The notes under the pieces are model-generated. The model did no database searches. It was not told the DNA's origin and saw only the letters and a program-made list of their open reading frames with translations. A stretch of 64,000 nucleotides of DNA from a virus: IMG/VR virus record IMGVR_UViG_3300049719_000225, positions 1-64,000 of that record; one strand, given 5' to 3'. A program made the translations under genes and the position numbers. Of this stretch, positions 56,558 through 64,000 are shown one piece after another. Position 1 is the stretch's first letter. Every line of letters starts with the position of its first letter.

Positions 56558-58045
56558 ATGTCAGTCGTAGCACAAAATGGTAGGCCGATGCTCGTCACAG
56601 ACGGCGGCCAGCCCGCAAAGTTCGCGGAAATTTTGGAGTGGGGTTACCACCTCGCCAAGACGCCGCTCGGAATCCCCTCTGGGGGCAATCACAAGGCCAT
56701 CTGGGAGGCCAAGGGATGGAAGGAGTTTGTAGAGGGCATGCCCGAATACAAGCAGGCCACCACCGCCATCATGTTGGAGAACTGCCGCAAGACCTTCGGT
56801 CGCCTCGATGAGGTGACGCGCACACAGGCCCTCGGCTCCTTCGACAAGTGGATCTTCCCGGTCATCGCCAACATGGCGGAGAATGACGTGATCGACCAGA
56901 TCGTGGCGCTCCAGCCCATGTCCGGGCCGACCTCACAGGTCGTCTACATGGACATCGTGACGGAGACCTCGAAGGGCCAGATCCCGGGTGGCACGCCGTT
57001 CTGGCGCGCAATCCAGGGAGCGGCTGACCGCTTCGGTGACTCCGACGAGCTGGTCCAGAACGAGACGTACACGACGGACGGTTCGGGCAACCTGGGCAAC
57101 TCGCCCACGGTCAACCTCGCGTGGCTGCCCGTAAGGGCTGGCACCGTGCAGGTCACCCTCAACGGTGTGACGACCATGGACGACGGCAACGGCGTCATCT
57201 TGGCGCTTGGCGGCACGTTCCAGACAGCGGGTACGATCAACTACCTGACGGGTGCCATCGTGGTCAACGGCAGCGCTGGTGGAGCTAACAGCACCATCAC
57301 GATCACGTATGCGTTCAACTCGGAAGCCAACCAGACCATTCAGGGTTACGAAATGAGGCTCAGCGCCGTGCCTGTGACGGCGAAGGTCCTCAAGCTCCGC
57401 ACCCTGTGGTCAGAGGAAGCCGACCAGAACCTCCAGGCGATGTTCAACATCAAGATGGAGAGCACGATGATCAACGCTCTCACGGCGGGTCTGCAGTACC
57501 AGAAGCACCGCTCCGTGATCGCCGACATCCGCGCCAGGGCTCAGGCAGGCACAGTGTCATGGGATGCTACGCCCCCGACCTCGGTGAACTACCAGACGCA
57601 CAAGTTCAGCTTCATCGACGCCATCGTCACGGGGTCCAACCTGATCCTCGGAGCGACGAACATGGTGTCTGGCAACTGGATCATCCTCGGCCTTCAGGCG
57701 GCTACCGTCGTACAGACGCTGCCCCAGTTCCAGGCCAAGGGCAACCTCCAGGAGACGCAGGGCATCTCCTACATCGGCGATATGGCCGGGTTCAAGTGTT
57801 TCCGCGACCCGCACTACCCGCAGTCCGAGTTCCTGATTGGTTACAAGGGTGACCAGTTCGTGCGCACGGGCTACGTGTTGGCCGAGTGGCAGAAGCTCTA
57901 CACCACCCCGGACGTGGTGCTGACGGACTTCGTCCATCGTCGTGGCTTTGCGACCTCGTTCGCCAAGCACTGCATCAACGCCGGAATGTATTGCCGTGGT
58001 TCTGTGCTTAATGCCCCGGTAGCATTTGGTCAGGTGTTTGGTTAA
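56558..58045 (+). CDS. Major capsid protein (gp23-like) with beta-rich insertion domain
   Basis: TAIMLEN, LQPMSGPTSQV, VTAKVLKLRTLWSEEADQNLQA, FRDPHY, LIGYKG. Confidence 0.92.
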   Translation: MSVVAQNGRPMLVTDGGQPAKFAEILEWGYHLAKTPLGIPSGGNHKAIWEAKGWKEFVEGMPEYKQATTAIMLENCRKTFGRLDEVTRTQALGSFDKWIFPVIANMAENDVIDQIVALQPMSGPTSQVVYMDIVTETSKGQIPGGTPFWRAIQGAADRFGDSDELVQNETYTTDGSGNLGNSPTVNLAWLPVRAGTVQVTLNGVTTMDDGNGVILALGGTFQTAGTINYLTGAIVVNGSAGGANSTITITYAFNSEANQTIQGYEMRLSAVPVTAKVLKLRTLWSEEADQNLQAMFNIKMESTMINALTAGLQYQKHRSVIADIRARAQAGTVSWDATPPTSVNYQTHKFSFIDAIVTGSNLILGATNMVSGNWIILGLQAATVVQTLPQFQAKGNLQETQGISYIGDMAGFKCFRDPHYPQSEFLIGYKGDQFVRTGYVLAEWQKLYTTPDVVLTDFVHRRGFATSFAKHCINAGMYCRGSVLNAPVAFGQVFG

Positions 58046-58071
58046 TAGTAACTTACACCAGTTTTTCACTC

Positions 58072-58105
58072 GAAAAACCCTCTGGAAACAGGGGGTTTTT
58101 CTTTT
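58072..58105 (+). terminator. Rho-independent terminator after capsid gene
   Basis: GAAAAACCCTCTG-GAAA-CAGGGGGTTTTTC then TTTT. Confidence 0.88.
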
Positions 58106-58199
58106 GTCTGGATCAGTGTTAAACGCCCCTGTACCACTCTCATGTGAAGTAATTTAATACTTTACACCTTTGGCACGTTGTGCACTGTTCTATCAGAGC

Positions 58200-59180
58200 A
58201 TGAGTTCCAAATACACAGAGGAGTCTATCCTAGTCGATGCGTTACGGTTTATCATCAAACGCGACTGGAAACAGCAGTCCTACCGTTTCTACAAACAGGC
58301 CCGCGAGAGAGGCCCTGAGTTTTATGCCCGTTGCATGGCTCACATGCGCAAAGGACGCCCACCGGTCGGGCCTACCAAGGGTAAGTTCAAGTTCAGCGAT
58401 GCTGAGATAGAGGCTGGCGCAAAACTCTACACCGAGCGGGGAAGGTTCAAGAACGGACCCCATGGACGGCTCTACGAGGCTGGGCGCAGGCGTCACGGCA
58501 TCTACTCAGACTTCTGGAAGCGCATCACGGCCCACATGGAGGCTCCTAGGAATCCCTACGGCGGTGACATTTATGCCTACGTGGTGGCTTTCGAGGACAT
58601 GCACGCCTACGTGGGTATTTCCTGCCGTGCGGAGGGCGTGCGCATGGACGATCCCGCCGATGGTCACCTAGTGAAAGGGCCTGTGTTCCGACACCTGCAA
58701 AAGCATCCCGGCATCAAATATGAGTTCCATGTGATTGAGCCAAGTGTTGCCTATGCCGACAAGAGGGATCGGGAAGGTTACTGGCAGGCCCATTTCATTT
58801 CAGAGGGCTGGACACCCCTTTGGAACCCCAAGACGATACCTGGAAGTCTCGGGAGGATACCCACGGTTACGAAGGAGCAGTGCGCGGCCTGTGCGCGACT
58901 CTGCAAGGAGCGCACAGAGTTCCTGCGGCGGTATCAAAGCCGATACAAGATCGCCAAGAAACGAGGCTGGTATGATGAGATCACCACGCACATGCGTTCC
59001 AACGATGATGCCCGACGGGAACTGTGCAGGAAGCTGGCGGCTAGGCCAGTCTCTCAGGTCACGAGGGACAGGCAGTCTGCTGCCAAACTGGGCCGTAAAC
59101 TTTCACCTGAACATAGAGACAAGCTTGCTGCCCATAACAGGGCGCGGGCACAGAAAATTTATGAATACACTACCGTTTGA
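58200..59180 (+). CDS. GIY-YIG-like homing endonuclease with NUMOD3-like tail
   Basis: YAYVVAFEDMHAYVGIS, REGYW, LWN; SAAKLGRKLSPEHRDKL. Confidence 0.7.
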   Translation: MSSKYTEESILVDALRFIIKRDWKQQSYRFYKQARERGPEFYARCMAHMRKGRPPVGPTKGKFKFSDAEIEAGAKLYTERGRFKNGPHGRLYEAGRRRHGIYSDFWKRITAHMEAPRNPYGGDIYAYVVAFEDMHAYVGISCRAEGVRMDDPADGHLVKGPVFRHLQKHPGIKYEFHVIEPSVAYADKRDREGYWQAHFISEGWTPLWNPKTIPGSLGRIPTVTKEQCAACARLCKERTEFLRRYQSRYKIAKKRGWYDEITTHMRSNDDARRELCRKLAARPVSQVTRDRQSAAKLGRKLSPEHRDKLAAHNRARAQKIYEYTTV

Positions 59181-59586
59181 CGAGGGAATGGAGAAGTTAG
59201 AAGCGGAGGTCACTGGCCTCCTAATAAGCCGTGGGTTCGCAGAGCCCAAACTGAGCTATTGCATGTACGAATCAACTGGTTGGTCCGAGGAGAAGATGGA
59301 GATCGGCAAGTCGTACCCAGCAGACCACCCTATTTTTGATTCTTCCAAGGTCGTGATGACCTACCCAGACTTATCGGCCCGATTCGCTGAGGGACAGGTA
59401 CGTTTCGTGAGCCACGGATGGGCTGGAGAAACTGTGTACACTAACCCAACCTGCACTGATCTAATAGTGGAGGCTGAGAAGTGCATCCGCGATCTAGGTG
59501 AAATTGACCACATTTTCTTGGAGGAGTGCGTCAGGATACGCAGCCACAAAGGCGTCCAACGCTACTCAATGTTTTTCGGTAGCTAA
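59161..59586 (+). CDS. Hypothetical protein
   Basis: MNTLPFDEG...DHIFLE...MFFGS. Confidence 0.55.
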   Translation: MNTLPFDEGMEKLEAEVTGLLISRGFAEPKLSYCMYESTGWSEEKMEIGKSYPADHPIFDSSKVVMTYPDLSARFAEGQVRFVSHGWAGETVYTNPTCTDLIVEAEKCIRDLGEIDHIFLEECVRIRSHKGVQRYSMFFGS

Positions 59587-59859
59587 AGTTGTAGGCAGCT
59601 TGTGCATCTCGAACAGCCTGTTCCACACCTCAACCAACCGAGCCTCTGTGCGCTCACTAGGCGCTCCCAGAAGCCAGTGGAACTCCTCCTGGGAACAGGC
59701 CAGCCACTCGGCCGACCAAGAGCCTATTTTGTGCCCCTGCAGATGGCAGAGGTAGGGCCACTCGCCTGTTACATCGGGTCGTGTGATGAAAAGAAACGGC
59801 CTTTTCGCCGGTTCGATGAACAGTGTTGTGGTTATCCACTTGTCTGTAGTGAAGCTCAT
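59566..59859 (-). CDS. Hypothetical protein
   Basis: 97 aa, divergent from NADAR gene. Confidence 0.45.
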   Translation of the reverse strand: MSFTTDKWITTTLFIEPAKRPFLFITRPDVTGEWPYLCHLQGHKIGSWSAEWLACSQEEFHWLLGAPSERTEARLVEVWNRLFEMHKLPTTLATEKH

Positions 59860-59876
59860 GTTCTCATCATAGAACG

Positions 59877-60344
59877 ATGCCTCCCTCAGCCAAACTCCAA
59901 TGGTTCCAGTCGCAGGGTCTTCAGAAGCACAACGAGTCCGAAATTTGTGGCTTCTTCGAGGACTACAGGTGGCTGTCCAATTTCCACATCTGTACTGTCA
60001 GCTATGAAGGCCTGAGCTATCCGTCGTCCGAGAATGCCTACCAGGCTGCCAAATATCCACCTGAAGAGCGCCCCCAGTTTACGGTGTGCACGCCGTCAGT
60101 TTCCAAGAAATTGGGCAGATTGGCCGCCATCAATCCCGCTGCCTCAAAGGAGGAGGTGATGCTGGACTGCCTGAGGGACAAGTTCACCAACCCCGACCTG
60201 AGGCAGAAGCTGCTCGACACGGGCGAACGCCATCTGGAGGAGACCAACTGGTGGGGCGACACCTTCTGGGGTGTGTGCGACGGCGTGGGCAAGAACATGT
60301 TGGGCAAGCTCCTGATGCTGGTGAGGGACGAGTTGCGCCCCTAG
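59877..60344 (+). CDS. NADAR (YbiA-like) family protein
   Basis: WLSNF, SENAYQAAK, KFTNPDLRQKLLDTG, EETNWWGDTFWGV, GKNMLGKLLM. Confidence 0.92.
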   Translation: MPPSAKLQWFQSQGLQKHNESEICGFFEDYRWLSNFHICTVSYEGLSYPSSENAYQAAKYPPEERPQFTVCTPSVSKKLGRLAAINPAASKEEVMLDCLRDKFTNPDLRQKLLDTGERHLEETNWWGDTFWGVCDGVGKNMLGKLLMLVRDELRP

Positions 60345-60351
60345 TTAGGGG

Positions 60352-61794
60352 GTGACCGCCCGCACCCGCATAGACCGCCTGTTTGAAGAGGGCCTGAAGC
60401 TTTTCGTTCAGGTGGTATATGCCAGCGGCGATGAGGAGGTGTTCCCGGCGCTGGTTTCCCGTGAGACTCGCCCTGATTGCCGCAGAGGTCGAAGGGGAGG
60501 CAAGTGGAGATTGACGATGTTCAAGGAAGTCGAAGTCGAGGACGACAAAGGGTTTAACCAGGAATATAGCACCGAGGGTGTTGTTCACATCAACTTCAAT
60601 CTTAAGAACCTGTCGTTCAGGGATGTCTGCAATGTCCCCAACATTAGGGCAGAGTTGGCAGATGCGTATGATCAGTGGGCTGGCAGGGCGGATGATCCCG
60701 TGCGAGAGGTAAAGCTGGGAACGGGCGAGCTTGAAAAAAGCGCGTGGAGTCCCCGTAGGATGTTTGAGACGAACGGAGATGAATCCGGGTGGGGCGATAC
60801 CAGTGATCCAGATTGGTTGGGAGCCTTCTGGATGGCACCTGACGGAACTCTGTACGCTACAGAGGGCATGCCTCATGAGGCCTGGGCGGCAGATCATCTC
60901 GGCATGGAGTGGGACGAAAGGTTTGTCTCGGAAGGCCCTGCCGCATGGATCCTCTATGGAAAAGGTTGGAGGCGCATCATTGTATCTGCAGGGCTGCCCC
61001 GTACAATTTGGGTGTCAGGAGGAAACGTGAACGGGCCACAGAAAGACATCCTTCTCGCTCAGGCCATTGAGCGAGAGTGCATCGTGGGGGCCAGGAAGAA
61101 CCCGGCTGAAGAAAGCGGGTGGCGGGGGCCGGAGAAAATTATCTACACCCCACCTGTATCTGAGGGATCCGTTGAGGAGGGCCGACTCAAGAGCATAGCG
61201 GCAGCAGGCTTAATGGGTTTGGCTTCCATACGAGGTGCCCAAGCGCATCACGCAGGTGACCCAGAAACCAAGGTAAACCCAGCAGACCCCGTGTCGAGTG
61301 AGGTGATAAACAAGGCACCTGATGACGGCTACGGAGATTGGGATCAGTCGTTCGATGTCAAGGTGTCAACTAACAGTGACTCGATGGGCGAGCCTTGGAT
61401 GGGACGAACGTTCAAACTAAGGCGCGTGGGCAATGGTGCAGGGCAGGTTCCATTCCAGGACATCCTAGCGATGGTCAAGGCGGGCAAACACCCGGTAGTG
61501 CAGAGGAAAAATACGATATACGGGGAGGAACGAAACCACTGGGGACAGGGTGCCTATGACTACATCATACACCGTGTCGTCAGGATAGACCACTGGGGAA
61601 GGATGATCACCAAGGGTGACAACAACGACAAGGAGGACCCCGGATTCCTCACGCCTGCAAATACGCACGGGGTGGTGGTGTCAGTAGACAACCCCGAGAA
61701 GGGTGCCACCTACGACACTCCACACCCCACCAAGGCCCCTGCAGGCGGTGCAGCCCATGCTAGCGAGTCAGTTCGGCGGCTTCTGGCCCGCTAG
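60352..61794 (+). CDS. Multi-domain putative head-packaged protein with C-terminal S26-type (Ser-His) signal-peptidase-like domain
   Basis: RIDRLFEE N-terminus; SDSMGEP, YIIHRVV, ITKGDNNDKEDP. Confidence 0.65.
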   Translation: MTARTRIDRLFEEGLKLFVQVVYASGDEEVFPALVSRETRPDCRRGRRGGKWRLTMFKEVEVEDDKGFNQEYSTEGVVHINFNLKNLSFRDVCNVPNIRAELADAYDQWAGRADDPVREVKLGTGELEKSAWSPRRMFETNGDESGWGDTSDPDWLGAFWMAPDGTLYATEGMPHEAWAADHLGMEWDERFVSEGPAAWILYGKGWRRIIVSAGLPRTIWVSGGNVNGPQKDILLAQAIERECIVGARKNPAEESGWRGPEKIIYTPPVSEGSVEEGRLKSIAAAGLMGLASIRGAQAHHAGDPETKVNPADPVSSEVINKAPDDGYGDWDQSFDVKVSTNSDSMGEPWMGRTFKLRRVGNGAGQVPFQDILAMVKAGKHPVVQRKNTIYGEERNHWGQGAYDYIIHRVVRIDHWGRMITKGDNNDKEDPGFLTPANTHGVVVSVDNPEKGATYDTPHPTKAPAGGAAHASESVRRLLAR

Positions 61795-62163
61795 GACGCT
61801 TCTCTTGTCATTCTGGAGCCGCTGCAGAGCCTGCTCACAACGTTTAAGCTGTCTTTCTGCTCTCCTTAACAGTTCAGGAGTTGTTTTTCTCATCCGCACC
61901 TCCTTGTGCAGTTCGGCGAAGCGTTCGCGCTTATAGGCGAGGTCTCTCCTTATCTCTGCCAGTTCCTGGGCTCGTAGCCGCGGAAGCAGTTTCTGGCTGA
62001 TGGTGTAGTGTCCGTCAGGATCCCGTCCTGTGCGGAGCACGGTGCGCCACGCATCTGCGGGATGCCTCAGGGGCTTTTCGTCGCCCCGTGCGCTGATGCG
62101 CACGTAGCGGTCATTCGGGTCATCAAAGCGGCTGGGGTCCCAGCCAACGGGTGGTGTGATCAT
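61768..62163 (-). CDS. Basic hypothetical protein with coiled coil
   Basis: 131 aa. Confidence 0.5.
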   Translation of the reverse strand: MITPPVGWDPSRFDDPNDRYVRISARGDEKPLRHPADAWRTVLRTGRDPDGHYTISQKLLPRLRAQELAEIRRDLAYKRERFAELHKEVRMRKTTPELLRRAERQLKRCEQALQRLQNDKRSVLAGQKPPN

Positions 62164-62253
62164 GTGTGTTGACTAACGTGCTAACCCAAGGCCCGTCTCA
62201 ATAACGGGTTACTTGTGATAGCCAGTATTAGTCAACACCCCTACCCCGAAGCC

Positions 62254-62457
62254 TTATCCCTCCCAGTTGAGATTGTCCCACCCGGGCATGAAGCGGTTGA
62301 GAATTTCCACGACGCACGGGTTGTCTGCTGCAGTGCTGAGGAGTACTTCACGAACGAGTTCACGGTCGGGGAGCTTTGACACGCGCTCCTCCTCTGCAAG
62401 CACAAAAGCGAGCCTTTCGATGGCCATCATTTGCTGCTCGGGGAGTGCTCGTGACAT
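62254..62457 (-). CDS. Hypothetical protein
   Basis: MSRALPEQQ start, TATTCT 9 nt upstream. Confidence 0.45.
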   Translation of the reverse strand: MSRALPEQQMMAIERLAFVLAEEERVSKLPDRELVREVLLSTAADNPCVVEILNRFMPGWDNLNWEG

Positions 62458-62493
62458 CACCATGATAGAATAACTACAGTTCTTGGAAAGAAC

Positions 62494-63375
62494 ATGATCC
62501 CTGCGCTCATCATTGACGGCAGATGCCTCTTCGACCGAGCCTGGTGGGCAGCCAGAAACTCCGAGGAGTTGGGTGAGTATCCGAGTCACATTGTGTCCGC
62601 AGGGGCCGCTATTGCCAGTCTTGCCTGCCTCCTGGGACCTGGTGGAAGACTACCGTATGAGCCCACGCACCTGCTTGTGAGCTGGGATGGGCCAGAGGCG
62701 AAGACGATCAAGCCGCGTCCAGAGAAAGCCGCCGATCACGGTCCTGATCTGGCCTTCTTCAAGAGTCTCCTGCCACTGCTTGTGGGGGGAGCCCATTACG
62801 AGGTGCCCACAGGAGTGTTTGGCGAGAGTGACGATGTCGTGGCCACCGCAGTGGAGTTGTACAAGGACAGGTACAAGCTCACCATCCTCAGCTCGGACAA
62901 GGACCTGCAGCAACTCGTGCGTGAGGCCAGCTACTTCAATCTGCAGACGCAACAGGAGGTGACAGAGGAGGACGTTCAGGTGCGTTGGCATGTGGGTAGA
63001 CCCAGTCACCTGGCGCTGTACCTTGCACTAGAAGGCGACCCCAAGGATGGTGTGGATGGCACCGACAAGATCGGGGCAAAGGGGGCGAAGCGGCTGCTGG
63101 AAGGCATGGGCGACGTTCCTGTCACCGAAGCCCTCGCTCTTCTCCTGCCCCAATTGAACCCCCTGCAGCGGGATCAACTTTACAGCTCGTTGGAACTCAC
63201 CCTCCTGCGCAGGGACCTTCCAGGTGTGCCAGAGCCAGCTCCAATCAATTTGGCAGGCTTCGACATGCTTGATGAGGCAGGCATTCAGGGGTCCGCTAGA
63301 AACGTCTGGGGCCAGCTTCTTGGCAGGTCTAAGGCTCACACCGTGCTGCCTGATCTCACCGAGTACGAAAGGTGA
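62494..63375 (+). CDS. 5'-3' exonuclease / flap endonuclease (PolA N-domain, T4 RNase H-like)
   Basis: LIIDG, VSWDG, ESDDVVAT, ILSSDKDLQQL, GDPKDGVDG..KIGAKGA. Confidence 0.9.
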   Translation: MIPALIIDGRCLFDRAWWAARNSEELGEYPSHIVSAGAAIASLACLLGPGGRLPYEPTHLLVSWDGPEAKTIKPRPEKAADHGPDLAFFKSLLPLLVGGAHYEVPTGVFGESDDVVATAVELYKDRYKLTILSSDKDLQQLVREASYFNLQTQQEVTEEDVQVRWHVGRPSHLALYLALEGDPKDGVDGTDKIGAKGAKRLLEGMGDVPVTEALALLLPQLNPLQRDQLYSSLELTLLRRDLPGVPEPAPINLAGFDMLDEAGIQGSARNVWGQLLGRSKAHTVLPDLTEYER

Positions 63376-63402
63376 GTTCTTCTTCGGGAACAGTTACATA
63401 CA

Positions 63403-64000
63403 ATGGCTATCAACACCAACCTCAAGGATCTCACCCCCGCTTCCCAACGGTTCAAGCAGGAGATCATCCTCCCGTCCGGCGGCTTCAGCAACCCCACAGC
63501 CTTCCCACAGGGTAAGCTCACCGTGTACCCCTGGGACATGGGCACCAGTGAGTGGATGGTGTCTGCGCCAAGGACCAACGAACTCCTCTACATGACCCAG
63601 CTTGTGGGGCGTCTCACACATCTCCCCACAGACACGGTGAAGACGTTGGTGGCGAGCGAGCTTCCTCTCATCGTCATGGTGGCCCGGGCGCTGACATTCG
63701 AGGACAACCGTGTGGAGTACACAGCCGTCTGCCCGCACTGTCGCACGGCGCAGACAAAGGTATCGCTCCAGATTCCCAATTCTCTGGAGAAGGTGGCTGT
63801 GAAGGCCGCAGACTACACGCACGACACCATCGTTCTGCCAGTGAGCAAGGATGAGGTGTCCATCAAGCCCGCCACAGTGAACGAGCAGGAAGCGGCACGC
63901 AACCGTCCTGAGAGATACCAGAAGGTGCTGAGCAACGTCGAGGCCTCGGCCCTGGCCGCTGTTCGTGGCATCGGTGGTGGCACTCCTGACCATCAGGATC
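63403..64000 (+). CDS. Baseplate hub assembly protein (gp26-like), runs off window
   Basis: Manual translation MAINTNLKDL...ILPSGG...ARALTF...VCPHC...LPVSKDEVSIKPATV; CAGTTAC upstream. Confidence 0.7.
   Translation, partial: MAINTNLKDLTPASQRFKQEIILPSGGFSNPTAFPQGKLTVYPWDMGTSEWMVSAPRTNELLYMTQLVGRLTHLPTDTVKTLVASELPLIVMVARALTFEDNRVEYTAVCPHCRTAQTKVSLQIPNSLEKVAVKAADYTHDTIVLPVSKDEVSIKPATVNEQEAARNRPERYQKVLSNVEASALAAVRGIGGGTPDHQD

Overview
A 64 kb internal segment of a large myovirus (T4-superfamily morphogenesis genes scattered over both strands, as in many large/jumbo phages). It carries virion genes (sheath, two gp19-like tube proteins, a gp5-like spike, baseplate and neck proteins, a protease-scaffold fusion, a gp23-like capsid, two fibre proteins), replication genes (primase, DnaB, UDG-PolA fusion, SbcC/gp46, 5'-3' exonuclease), five free-standing homing endonucleases and four LAGLIDADG inteins (DnaB, PolA and two glycosyltransferases). 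The most unusual items are: (1) an early operon built around a Ycf46-like AAA+ ATPase whose Walker B segment precedes its Walker A segment, with DUF1257 x2, DUF2997, a DUF3150-like protein and a SWIM protein that share short C-terminal tags; (2) a sigma-factor-like gene with a PDZ domain inserted in region 2 and region 4 displaced into the +1 frame; (3) a recurring YAGTTAR motif, usually exactly 3 nt before start codons of virion genes, suggesting a leaderless late promoter, plus a second RTTCT motif before replication/accessory genes; (4) putative head-packaged proteins with LxE propeptides, one hiding a signal peptide ahead of an S26 peptidase domain. Family names come from motif recognition by eye; no database searches were run.
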